Shown here one piece after another: positions 1-10,543 of a DNA stretch of 64,000 nt (positions are counted from its first letter, which is position 1; each line of letters opens with the position of its first letter). Both the position numbers and the translations under genes were made by a program. Below the pieces are notes generated by a model, which made no database searches, was not told the DNA's origin, and worked only from the letters and a program-made list of their open reading frames with translations. The stretch comes from Eledone cirrhosa (Eukaryota). The DNA lies in assembly GCA_964016885.1 (NCBI GenBank), contig OZ024741.1, positions 284,022,001 to 284,086,000 of the forward strand. Direction: 5' to 3'.

Positions 1-94
1 TATACACACATATATATATACATATATATACACACATATATATACACACATATATATATACATACATATATATACATATATATATACATATACA

Positions 95-126
<32 letters not shown>

Positions 127-277
127 CATATATATATATACATACATATATATATATATACATACATATATATATATATATACATACATATATATATATA
201 CATACATATATATATATACATACATATACATACATACATATACATACATATATACATACATACATATACATACATAT

Positions 278-352
<75 letters not shown>

Positions 353-367
353 AAGAGAGAGAGAGAG
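1..367. repeat. (TA)n/(TACA)n microsatellite followed by a short (GA)n tract
   Basis: Directly visible simple repeats. Confidence 0.97.
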
Positions 368-1714
368 CAAAATCTATCCAAGATCATTCCATAAAAAAAC
401 TTCAGAAACAGGAATTATTTAAAAAGTAAATGTAGAAAGACTGAACATTCTATTGGAGTGATAATAGAAGAAAGATGGTACAGACATTTGAGGTAGGGAA
501 TAGAATTTTTTGTAAAACGACTGACCATTCTATTGGAGCAGCAATAGGAGGGAATAGGAACAAACAGTTGCGCGGAAACAGATTTTTTTCTTCTTAAAAG
601 AAAAAAGAATCATAATCTTACTTGACTGTTTCTGGTGCAGGCTTGGAAACCTTTTTGTATCAACCTGAACAACCAGTTCAAATCCAGTCATATCTACTTC
701 CAGATTCTGTTGAAGATTCTTTTTTCTCTCCCCGGCTTTTCACAATCTCCATATATTACCAATCAATATATTCAAAGTAGATGGTTGTACCAATGTTTTA
801 CATCAATGTTCTTCACTTTAGACTTGCTGTATTTTATTATTACCAAATAAAATTCAAATAATACAACACAATCTATTGTTTTAAATTAGCATCTGACAGC
901 AAATGATGATGCTTCATTTGTAGCTTACCACTTAATATTAGCAACACCAATCCCAATTTGTGATGGGATTGATATATTGACCAATCAAAATACCTCTCAT
1001 TAAATATACTTTAGCATTGTCTTATGAATCATACAGTCTGTAAAGGCAATAACCAATGTGATGTAGTCTTTGTCCACTTGTGAAGTCAGATGCTTCAACC
1101 ACTGCTTCTTGTGAATCCTGTTGCACTATTTCTTATGACCAACAGAAGTTTTGACTTGAATAAGACCATAAAACTTATACACCACTTCACTGCAAGCTTT
1201 TATCGTATTCAAAATATTGTCAATGAAAATTTCTGAGTATATTAAAGAAATACAAGTTTGAATCTGTCATTTTACATCTTACAGTTTGTTAGGTTTGTTA
1301 AGATGATATCTCCCATATACAATTCAACCAATCTAATACCTTGTTTGTACTTGCTACTACATATAGAGATATTTACTATCTTTAGCTGTATCGAACGATA
1401 AATTGATACAACAAAAGATGACTAATGACATGAATTTACTTATTTTGTTTTATATTTGGGTCAGTAAAAGATTTCTATTTCAATCGAAATTATCAAAAGT
1501 TGATAATTCAATGAAAACCTTCGTCTAAATAAATAAACGACAGGATGATAAGCATATTGCTTGTTAAACCTCTTTGAATATTATGATAGATCAGTTTTGT
1601 TTGTTTGATCTAGCTTTCTTTATCTTTTTCTTTTGTCTTTTGTTTTGTCTTTGTTACTGCTGATGTTTGTTTTATTTTGTTTTTTGTTCTTTGTTTTTTT
1701 AGATTATGCATAAT

Positions 1715-2010
1715 AATGATTTATAATCTAGGCACAAGGCCAGCAATTTGTGGGGGGGGGGGAGAATCGATTATATCAGCCCTAGTACTTTACTGGTACT
1801 TTATTTTATTGACCCCAGAAGAAGGAAAAGCAATGTTGACTTTAGTAGGATTTGAACTCAGAAAATAAAAAGTTCAGCACATTAACGATTCTGGAACTGA
1901 TGGAGTCACAGGGGTGTTGTTCTTACACACAAATTTAAAGAGTGGAAACAAATGCTGCAAAGCATTTTATCTGATGCTCTAATGATTCTCCCAATCTACT
2001 GACTTCTAGA
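1715..2010 (-). mobile_element. Degenerate tRNA-derived SINE, same family as 26405-26595
   Basis: Plus strand shows ggcacaaggccagcaa...tggtactttattttattgacccc...ggatttgaactcag, the reverse complement of the 26405 copy (B-box GAGTTCAAATCC). Confidence 0.7.
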
Positions 2011-2041
2011 TTATTCATAATAATAATAATAATAATAATAT

Positions 2042-2295
2042 TGGACCGGATACCTGGAAAGCCATCACTGCAAGAGATACAGAAAATAGTGCTGACTGGT
2101 ACTGCACATGTCCTAAGAAGGGCATTATCAATTTAAAAACTTTGCAAGGACATTTACTGTTGTTTGTACCCTTCTGGCATCATTTGTGTGACAATTGATT
2201 GTAAAATGTGTATATTATCAATTTTTTCCTCAGGTGCCAGGTTGACATTTGGCATGATTTGGAAAGAAGCAGAACTCAAAGGAAGTTTCAAATCA
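2042..2295 (+). mobile_element. 3' end fragment of a Dong/R4-type (RLE) non-LTR retrotransposon
   Basis: Translates as DRIPGKPSLQEIQKIVLTGTAHVLRRALSI*, a typical R4 C-terminus. (AAT)n flanks both sides. Confidence 0.7.
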
Positions 2296-2309
2296 TAATA
2301 ATAATAATA

Positions 2310-2475
2310 TTTCTACTTTTGGCACAAGGCCAGCAATTACTCCAGTGCTTTATTTTATCGACCCCATAAGGATGAAAGGCAAAGCTAACCTTGGCGGGAT
2401 TTGAACTCAGAACATAAAGAGCCATAATTCTATGTTGCAAAGCATTGTGTCTGATACTCTACTAATACTGCCAAA
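2310..2475 (-). mobile_element. SINE copy, same family as 26405-26595
   Basis: ggcacaaggccagcaa...ttttatcgaccccataaggatgaaaggcaaag...ggcgggatttgaactcag. Confidence 0.75.
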
Positions 2476-2493
2476 CCACTTCCCAAATCATCA

Positions 2494-4050
2494 TAATAAT
2501 AATAATAATAATGCTTTCTTTATGAACCACAAGGGTTGACACAAAGTATAGCATTAAGGACAATAGAGGACAGTACAGGACGGTACAAATGGGTATTTCT
2601 GCATGTAAAAAAACCCCAGAGGATGTAACAAAAAAAGAAACAATGAAAAATTCCCCCAAATGGGGGGGGGGGGGGGGGGCTTCCGAGGGTCGCTCATGGA
2701 GAAAACCCACAAAAAAGCCACGGATACCCTAACTGCTAGAGCAAGTGCCGCTTCCAGTTTTCCTCCTATGATGCTACAGGCACACGCTCATTTTCATTTT
2801 CTCTTTTTGGTTTCTTTCTTCCTCTTTTTTTTGGGGGGGAAGGGCGAAGATAGGGAGTTCTTCCTTTTTTTTTTGCTGGGATGGTTTTCCATCCTTCAGC
2901 CTCATCGCACTCCTTGTCCGATTTAGCAATATCGGAGAGGGACATGCTCTCCATTGGTTCTATTGGTGGTGGAGATGGTGTTTTTGTTGTTGGTGATAGT
3001 AATTTTTCTTCTGCCACTGTGGTCTTGGTTGGTTTGTCCACTCCAGTCGTGGGGCACGGTGTAGGGTGAAGGGGGAGCGCGTGCACATCTTGGTGAGTTT
3101 GGGGCAGAAGGCCTTAAGATGCATCTTGTCACCGCATCCATGACACCTTGGGCGCCTACCTTCGACAGTCACGGGTAGATGGCTGCCGTCATCCAGGTCT
3201 ATTACATCGGCGATGACCTCAATGCTCTCATGGTTTGCTTGGATGATTAGCTCCATCCCCGACCCTGTCCAATTCTCCTGTCTTATCCGTATGACATCGA
3301 GGATAGTTGTTGAATCCTCAACGTCAGCGAGGACGGCCGCCGTCAACCATGCGATCTCCACTGAGAGCGGACCCTGGGTTACTCAAACCCTCACGACTCT
3401 CTGGCCGCAGTATGTGGGCATCATTATTATTTCGTCACTGCGGAGTGGCGCAATGGAGTGTGTTCTGGCTTCTTCCAGTGTAGCGAAGAGCACATCCACA
3501 GTGCCATACCTCGATCTTTGGGCTATGTATGTTTTCTGTGCCCAGTTAGTTTTTTTTTTCTTCTGTGTTGCTGCTGTTACAGTTGTTGCTCCCTGGGTTC
3601 TTTATGGCTGTTGCTGCTGTTGTTGTTATTGGAGTGGCGGTGGTGCCTGATCCTTCTAATGATGGAAAATGTTTATAGTAGATTGACATTGTGCTGCTGC
3701 TGCTGTTGTCACCACCACTGCCACTGTTGCTGCTGCTGTTGCTGTTGTTCTTGCCTCTGCCTTGTGATTGGACGGAATCAGCTGTTCCACCCTCCGAACA
3801 ACCTGCTGTTCCTCCCTGTGGACAATTTTTTTCGTCCGCCATGTTTTTTTTTAACAAAATATTGGAGGGTATGATTGTAAATAAATACAAATTCAGCCCT
3901 TAAGATACAGTTAAAAAACCACCTCCTTTGAAAGAGGGGTTCTTTAACTAGACAACAATGTAAAAATTACTATATAAAAGTTTCGATAAATTCATAAAAT
4001 TCAACTGATTTATTCCGTTTTAGTTACACATGTCTTGGGAGATTCAGCAC
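2494..4050 (-). mobile_element. Tx1/L1-like non-LTR element carrying only a frameshifted ORF1 plus the 3' tail
   Basis: ORF pieces 3546-3890, 2960-3361 and 2766-3086 include the gag-type zinc knuckle RCHGCGDKMHLKAFC (CX2CX4HX4C) and a basic tail. The 3' region 2512-2765 is homologous to 4085-4370. An (ATT)n tail is present. Confidence 0.7.
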
Positions 4051-4051
4051 A

Positions 4052-4082
<31 letters not shown>

Positions 4083-4084
4083 TG

Positions 4085-4823
4085 ATTTCTTTATTGGCCA
4101 CAAGGGCTGACATCAAGAAAAATATTACAGATGGCACAGGACGGTACGATGTGGGTTTTGTGTGTGTAAATATTTTTATTATTTATATAAGACAAGAAAA
4201 AAAAGACATAGAAACATATATATATATAAACAATAAAAATGAAAATTGAAGCAATGAAAAATTCCCCAATAGGGGGGAAACCTCCCGAGGGTTACTCGTG
4301 GCGAAAATCACACAAAAGACCACGGCCATCCTGACCACCAGGGCAAGCGCCCTCTCTCAATTTTTCCATTTTTCAAACTACAGGCGTATATTCAGAGTGG
4401 TCCCGTTCACTCGGACCATTCTCGCTACATTCACCCACCTTTAAACAAACTTGCTAGAAGGCAGCACTTGCCTCTCCACCCTGATTTTCCTCTTCAAGTG
4501 AAACTTGAAAAGATTAATTAGGGATTCGCCAAAGAGGAAAGTGTCTGTCATTAACCCTTTCAACCTTATCCACCACACAATCTCTTTCGCCATGGCCACC
4601 AGGCAGATGAAAACCACCTTCCCTTCCTCCTCGAAGGAAGACGGCGAGACCATCTGCACAATGGACTCAGTCGATAACCGGATCAGTCCCACATGCGACA
4701 GCAACTGTTCGACATAGCTCCACAAGTCAGCAATGCTCAGGCACTGAACAAATGCGTGCATGACGGTTTCGTCGCTCTGCACGCATCTCGGACAGGCTTG
4801 ACTGACGGCACTTCCATGCCTGT
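4085..4823 (-). mobile_element. 3' fragment of Tx1/L1-like ORF2 (C-terminal zinc-binding region) and 3' UTR
   Basis: Reads ...CPRC(V)QSDETVMHAFVQC...LW..., a CCHC motif typical of L1/Tx1 ORF2 ends. (TAA)n flanks. Confidence 0.75.
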
Positions 4824-4855
4824 ATAATAATAATAATAATTATAATAATAATAAT

Positions 4856-5370
4856 ATGCAAAGTAAACAATTCACTACATTCTGGGAAGTGGTTTGAGCA
4901 TAAGCCAGAGTCAGTGATAGAAAACGATCAGGTGAAGGTGCTATGGGATTTTAGGATACAAACGGACAAGAAATTAGAACACAATAGGCCTGACCTGGTG
5001 GTTTGGGACAAGGAAAAAAGATTGTGCCTGATTATAGATGTAGCCTGCCCATTTGACACGAGAGTGCAAGAAAAGGAGAGGGAGAAAATTAACCGATACC
5101 AGGACTTAAAGTGGGAATTAAAAAGGATTTGGAACTGCCATGAAATCAAGGTCATCCCGATTGCCATAGGTGCACTAGGTACTATCTCAAAGAGTTTCCG
5201 AGGATGGTTAAAGAAGATTAGGCATGCTTGCTGGAAACAGCAAGAACCCTCCGATACATCCTGAATGTCTGATGCTTCAGGTAGCGGCTTGATTTTCATT
5301 TCAACAAACTTTCCAGTTAAATAACATCAATGACTGAGACTCAAAGAATAACAATAATAATAATAATAAT
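4856..5370 (+). mobile_element. Dong/R4 restriction-like endonuclease fragment and 3' end
   Basis: ORF 4914-5264 has KVLWDFRIQTD..HNRPDLVVWDK..IIDVACP..EKINRYQDL (PD-(D/E)xK RLE). (TAA)n on both sides. Confidence 0.85.
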
Positions 5371-5399
5371 GATGATGATTGGGGGCAAAGCGCCAAAGC

Positions 5400-6010
5400 A
5401 ACATTTAAGATATCAGCTATTGGACTCAATCAGTACCTTAAAACCACAGATGACTGGATGATGAAATTGATTGCAGAACACAAAAGTTAGAAGAGGTTAC
5501 ATTCAGTCACAAAGGAAAGTAGGAAGTTTATAGAAGAATTGGGAATACATTTTGAAAATGATGGTAATTCTGCAATTAAAGCTACAAAGAACATCAAAGT
5601 GTTGGCAAAACATGAAGGTCAAATAGGAGCAAAAACCTAAAGGTTAAATAGGAGCAAAAACTACTGCATGGGCAGTATGTTCTCTATAGCAAAGAACCAA
5701 ATGTAAATCAAACTCTCACCCATCAGTGGCTGTGGAGTTCTGGGATAAAGGCAGAGGGCTTCATTTTGGCTGCACAAGACTAGTGTCTTCCAATATGCAA
5801 CTTTTATGCCAGTGTGATCAGAAATGAAATTGACCCAAAGTGTCAATTCTGTAATGAGCATGTTAAGACCATTGACCACCTGGTTTCAGGCTGCAAAGTA
5901 TTGGTTCCCCAGGAATATAAAACGAGGCATGATAGAGTATGGCAATACTTACACTGGGTAATGTGCTGCTCCTGTGGTCTAAAAACAAAGGGAAAACAGG
6001 AAGGACCATA
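5400..6010 (+). mobile_element. Degenerate Dong/R4 fragment with CCHC zinc finger
   Basis: KCQFCNEHVKTIDHLVSGC...YKTRHDRV, preceded by EGFILAAQD, which are R4-type motifs upstream of the RLE. Confidence 0.75.
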
Positions 6011-6499
6011 ACTAAACAGCACCTCAAGGCTCTTCTACTGGAAGTGTACACCTCCAGCTTCAGCATCATTTGGCAAAAATGGACTCTGCATGTGATATGA
6101 AATGGCTCTGACAGATGAATATTTAGCTCCCCAAACATTCAAAATTCACTGTATGCAGCAGTGATACAACTTTTTAACACTGTACATATACTAGCCTGCA
6201 CATAGCTCACCTGCCAGTTACCAATTGTTGACCTTATTTAACTTAGTAGTCCAATATAAATTGGTCATTGCCCTATCAAATACAGATCTAAGCCTGGCCC
6301 TCTCTATTGCATGAATGGTGAATGTCCTGATTAGATATGATAAATATCACATATTTGTGCAGGCCCAACAGTCATATCTACAACAAAGATTAAATATGTT
6401 GGATATAACCCATGCTAGCGTGGAAAATGGACGTTAAACAAAGATGATGATGATCATCATCATATGTTTGTGCAGGCCCAGCAACCATATCTACAACAT

Positions 6500-6780
6500 T
6501 AGATATGTTGGCTATCAAACATGCTTGTGCAGGCCCAATGACAATATCTACAACAAACTCCAATCTCTTTACAAACACCTTAGCCCAAATCTGTAGCTCT
6601 GTGTACCACAGAGTTATGGGCCTGTATATCTCATCTCCATCACTCATGTCCTTCCTCAGCAGTAACACCAGTAAAGAAATAACAGAATTAATTTGAATAC
6701 CAGAATAACCAATAAGAGTTAAAGACTCTTGCACCCTTTTTCCCTAAGGACTAGTGTAATCCAATACTTAGGTATATTGT
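6500..6780 (-). mobile_element. Degenerate L1/Tx1-like RT fragment
   Basis: LVLLLRK...YRPITLWYTELQIWAKVFVKRL...IGPAQAC resembles the N-terminal RT motif YRPITL. Confidence 0.5.
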
Positions 6781-7994
6781 GCACCTTGGTGGTGACAAGC
6801 TGGGTGACAGTCCTACAGTTAAGTAGAGGGAATATTTGATTGGTGAAATGGCAAAGTAGTAGGAAACCATATATTCTTATCGAGGTTTCAAATCCTGCCA
6901 GAGTCTACATCATTTTTTTATCTGTTTCAAAATAGGATTGGTCAAGTATATCGACTTTACACCCTCCCACAAAATTATCCAGTAGAGGTGAGGGGCTTTT
7001 CTTTTTGATGTTTGTTTATTTTGCTGTATTGCTTGTCTATCTCTTTCTCTCTGTGTCTCAATCACTCTCTCTCTCTCTGTTTTGCCTTCTCTTTCTCTCT
7101 GTTTTGTTTTCTTTCTCTCTCACCCCATCTCGCTCTATCTTTCTACATATTGTACTCTCTTAAACACACACATACATACATATATACATTCACACATGCA
7201 CACAAAATACACATGTACAAAGACGTAGGTGGATGGATGGATCGACAGGCAGATAGGCAGACTGATATAGAGAGATAGATATTAGATTAAATAGATAGAT
7301 AGATTGATTGATGGATAGTTAAAGAGAGAGGTGAACAAGAGAGATAGAGGAAAGAAGAGGACAAAGGGTGTGAGAGGACCAAAAGAGAAAGAGAGGGTGG
7401 AGAGAGAAAGAAGGCAAGAAGAGAGAGAGATTAGACAGGTACATTATGTGTATGTGTGAGAGAGATAAAGATAAAACCTACATATGTGTGTGCGCTTGTA
7501 TATTCATGTATGTTCGTGTCTGTATATGTATGTATGTGTATGTGAGCATATGTGCATGTGTGTGGATGTGCATGTGTGTGTATGAAATGTGTGACAGAAT
7601 ATAAGATGGAAAGGAAAAAAGCATAAAAATAGTTGACGATTGATTACATCTTTCTTAGATCAAATGAAACATCGGTAAGGTAAATACAACAAGTTGTAGC
7701 ATATCTTGTTTTTATCTGCAATCAAACCTTCTGAAAGATATACACTGATGATTTACTTGAAATTTTACTTCTGTATTTGTATGAAGGCAAATTGGGAGTC
7801 ATTAGAGCATCAAGTTAAATTCCACACTATTTGTTCCGATTCACTGTGCTGTTAGTTCAAATCTAGCTGAAGTCTTTTGAATAAATAAAGTACCAGTCCA
7901 AGAGTGATGGTAGATTAGTAAAATTGTTAAAGAGTACGTATCTGTCCTGATCTGTGTATCCTGAGTTTAGCACGTTAACCACTAAACCACATGC

Positions 7995-8345
7995 CCACTC
8001 CAAACAATACACCACCCTCCAAACACAATAGTACACTCCAAACAATATACTGCACTCCAAACATTATACTTCACATCAAATATTTTGCCACATTCCAAAC
8101 ACTATACTACACTCCAAATACTATACTACCACACTTAAAAAAACTATACCACACTCCAAACACTATACTTCACATCAAATATTTTGCCACACTCCAAAAT
8201 AAAATACCATATCCAAAGATAATACCACACTCCAAACACTATACAACACTTCAAACTTTATACTACACTCTAAACATTACACCTCACTCCAAACACTATA
8301 CCACTCCAAACACTATACTACACTCCAAACACTACATTTCACATC
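7995..8345. repeat. Degenerate ~21-bp minisatellite (CACTCCAAACACTATACTA-like)
   Basis: cactccaaac recurs at about 21-bp spacing. Confidence 0.85.
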
Positions 8346-9540
8346 CTAATCTACCCTCTACTTTACTCCAAATACTATGTTACAAACTAAACACAATAGA
8401 ACACTTTATTTAATACAGAAATATTACAATACATTGAATGCGTGATAATTCAGTAAATATTTATTTCATAAAACTTTTCAACAACATTTATTTCAATACA
8501 ACATATGCCTGGAGTGAATTGATTTGGTATCTACTATGCAGGCAATGTATAAACAAGCTGATTATTGATACTGTGTTCTTCAAAAATATGTAACTTCTGT
8601 TGGTCAAAGTACCAGATTATATATAGTTATCACAAGGGAAAATATTGTAAGCACTGAAACAAGGGTATATTGGTCTTTCAAATCGAATCCCTTAACTCTT
8701 AATGTCCTGTACAGCATTAAACCTCATTTACTTTAATACAGAAAATGTTCACAATTGTGAGTTCATTAGTAAAGATACTAAAAACATATGAATTAACAAA
8801 CCAAATAAAACTGCATTAGTAAGACATCATTGAAAAGTATAAGACTGCATCACACTAAAAATTAAAATCTTTACTCTAATACAGAAAATGTTCATGTGTT
8901 CATTAGTAAAGATACTGAAAACATTTGAATTAACAAACCAATGCATTAATAAGACATCCTTGAAAAGTACAAAACATTACCACATTAAAAATTAATGTCT
9001 TTACTCAAATACTGCAACAATTTCTTCACTAGTAAAAATACTATAAACATTTGAATTAACAAGCTTGCTTTTAGATATTTTCTGCTGAATCATTATAGGG
9101 TGTTAGGAGCCAATTGGCAACTATGCATACACAACGTTAATTTTAGCACAATTGACTGCATCATGTTAAATATTAAGATTTTTATTCAAATACTGAAAAA
9201 TTTCACAACAATCTCCCACTAGTGAAGATACTGTAAAGATTTGAATTTAAAAAATAGTTTTTAGATAATTTCTGCTGAATCATTATAAATTTTAAGAGCA
9301 GAATAAAGTGACTCAAAGTGTCACCAACAGCAAAAGCAACTTGGGAAGTTTGAGTGTGTTATTAATTTATACGACTGTGAAAGATTGTGTGTGCGTGGTA
9401 TGGTATGTGGTGTGTGTGTGTGTACACAGAGAGAGAGAAAGTAACTTAAGCAATAAAAAATTCTGTGATGGAATCTTGTGGAACAACAAAGAAGGTATTG
9501 TTATTGTATTAACAATTATTAAAATGAGTATTTTTCCTTT

Positions 9541-9842
9541 TCAAATTAGAGAGTAATAAGCCCATCTAAAAAGTTTAATTAAGTCCATGAGGACTATCAA
9601 GCTAAAAGGGATGATAATAATAAATACCAAGAAGGAACCAACATACTTAGAAGATAACCTTTTGTCAGTCATACTGATTTTTGAACGTAAGTACTTGGAT
9701 GTGTTTTTACGCTGGATGGCTAAGTCGGTAGCAATTTGACGTAACTTTATGTCCAGTTCTTCTTGGCTCAAGTTCTTTGGTGTCTGTGTACAATGACACA
9801 TGCATGAAATCTTCGATGTGATACTCATAGGTTTTTTGGTTG
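9541..9842 (-). CDS. Terminal coding exon of a host single-pass membrane protein (juxtamembrane coiled region and TM helix)
   Basis: Acceptor ttttcattgcag|CA (phase 1). Encodes TKKPMSITSKISCMCHC...EELDIKLRQIATDLAIQRKNTSKYLRSKISMTDKRLSSKYVG, then hydrophobic SFLVFIIIIPFSLIVLMD. Stop at 9541. Minus-strand AATAAA signals near 8405-8490. Confidence 0.85.
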
Positions 9843-10543
9843 CTGCAATGAAAATAAAGTCGAAGATAAGAGGCATGAGATTAACCCTGTATTACTATAT
9901 TCCGAATGAAATATTACTATATTTCTAATGAAAAACACTTTATTATTTTCAAATAATTTCGAAAATTATCAAGAATTTGAAGGTATTTCTTATTGTTAGG
10001 TAAGTGTTTCGAACATATCTTAACAAAGGTTCTTACATAGAATTTGGATGGAAGATTTTAGATAAATATAAACACTTCTAAATGCCATATTTCTTATCTC
10101 TCTCCAGCCTATCCGTCCATTCATTCATATTGTTATAAATAATCTTCTCTTTGCTATCGGTCCATTCATTCATATATCCGTATTATCGCCCAAAATACAA
10201 TCTTTGCTCTCTCTCAATGCTATTCTATAATTCTGTCTGGTTGTTTCTAAATAATCTTTTTGTATTTTAAAACCCCATTATTCGCTTATTATTACTGTTA
10301 TATGCTTCTCCAATTATGCCCCCCAAAATTCGAAGATTTCATTTAAAACCTCTCGCTAACTACCCCATTTGTTCTAAATAATCTTCTCTTTGCTAACTAC
10401 CCCATACCCCTCCCGCCCCCACTCTCCACCTTATTATTTGGACCAATCACAAGTCAACGGCCTATGCTATCACTTCTGGCTGCTTTTCGATATGATGGGT
10501 GGACTAAGGAATTTCTGGAGAGTCTGAAGAATCTGGACACTCG

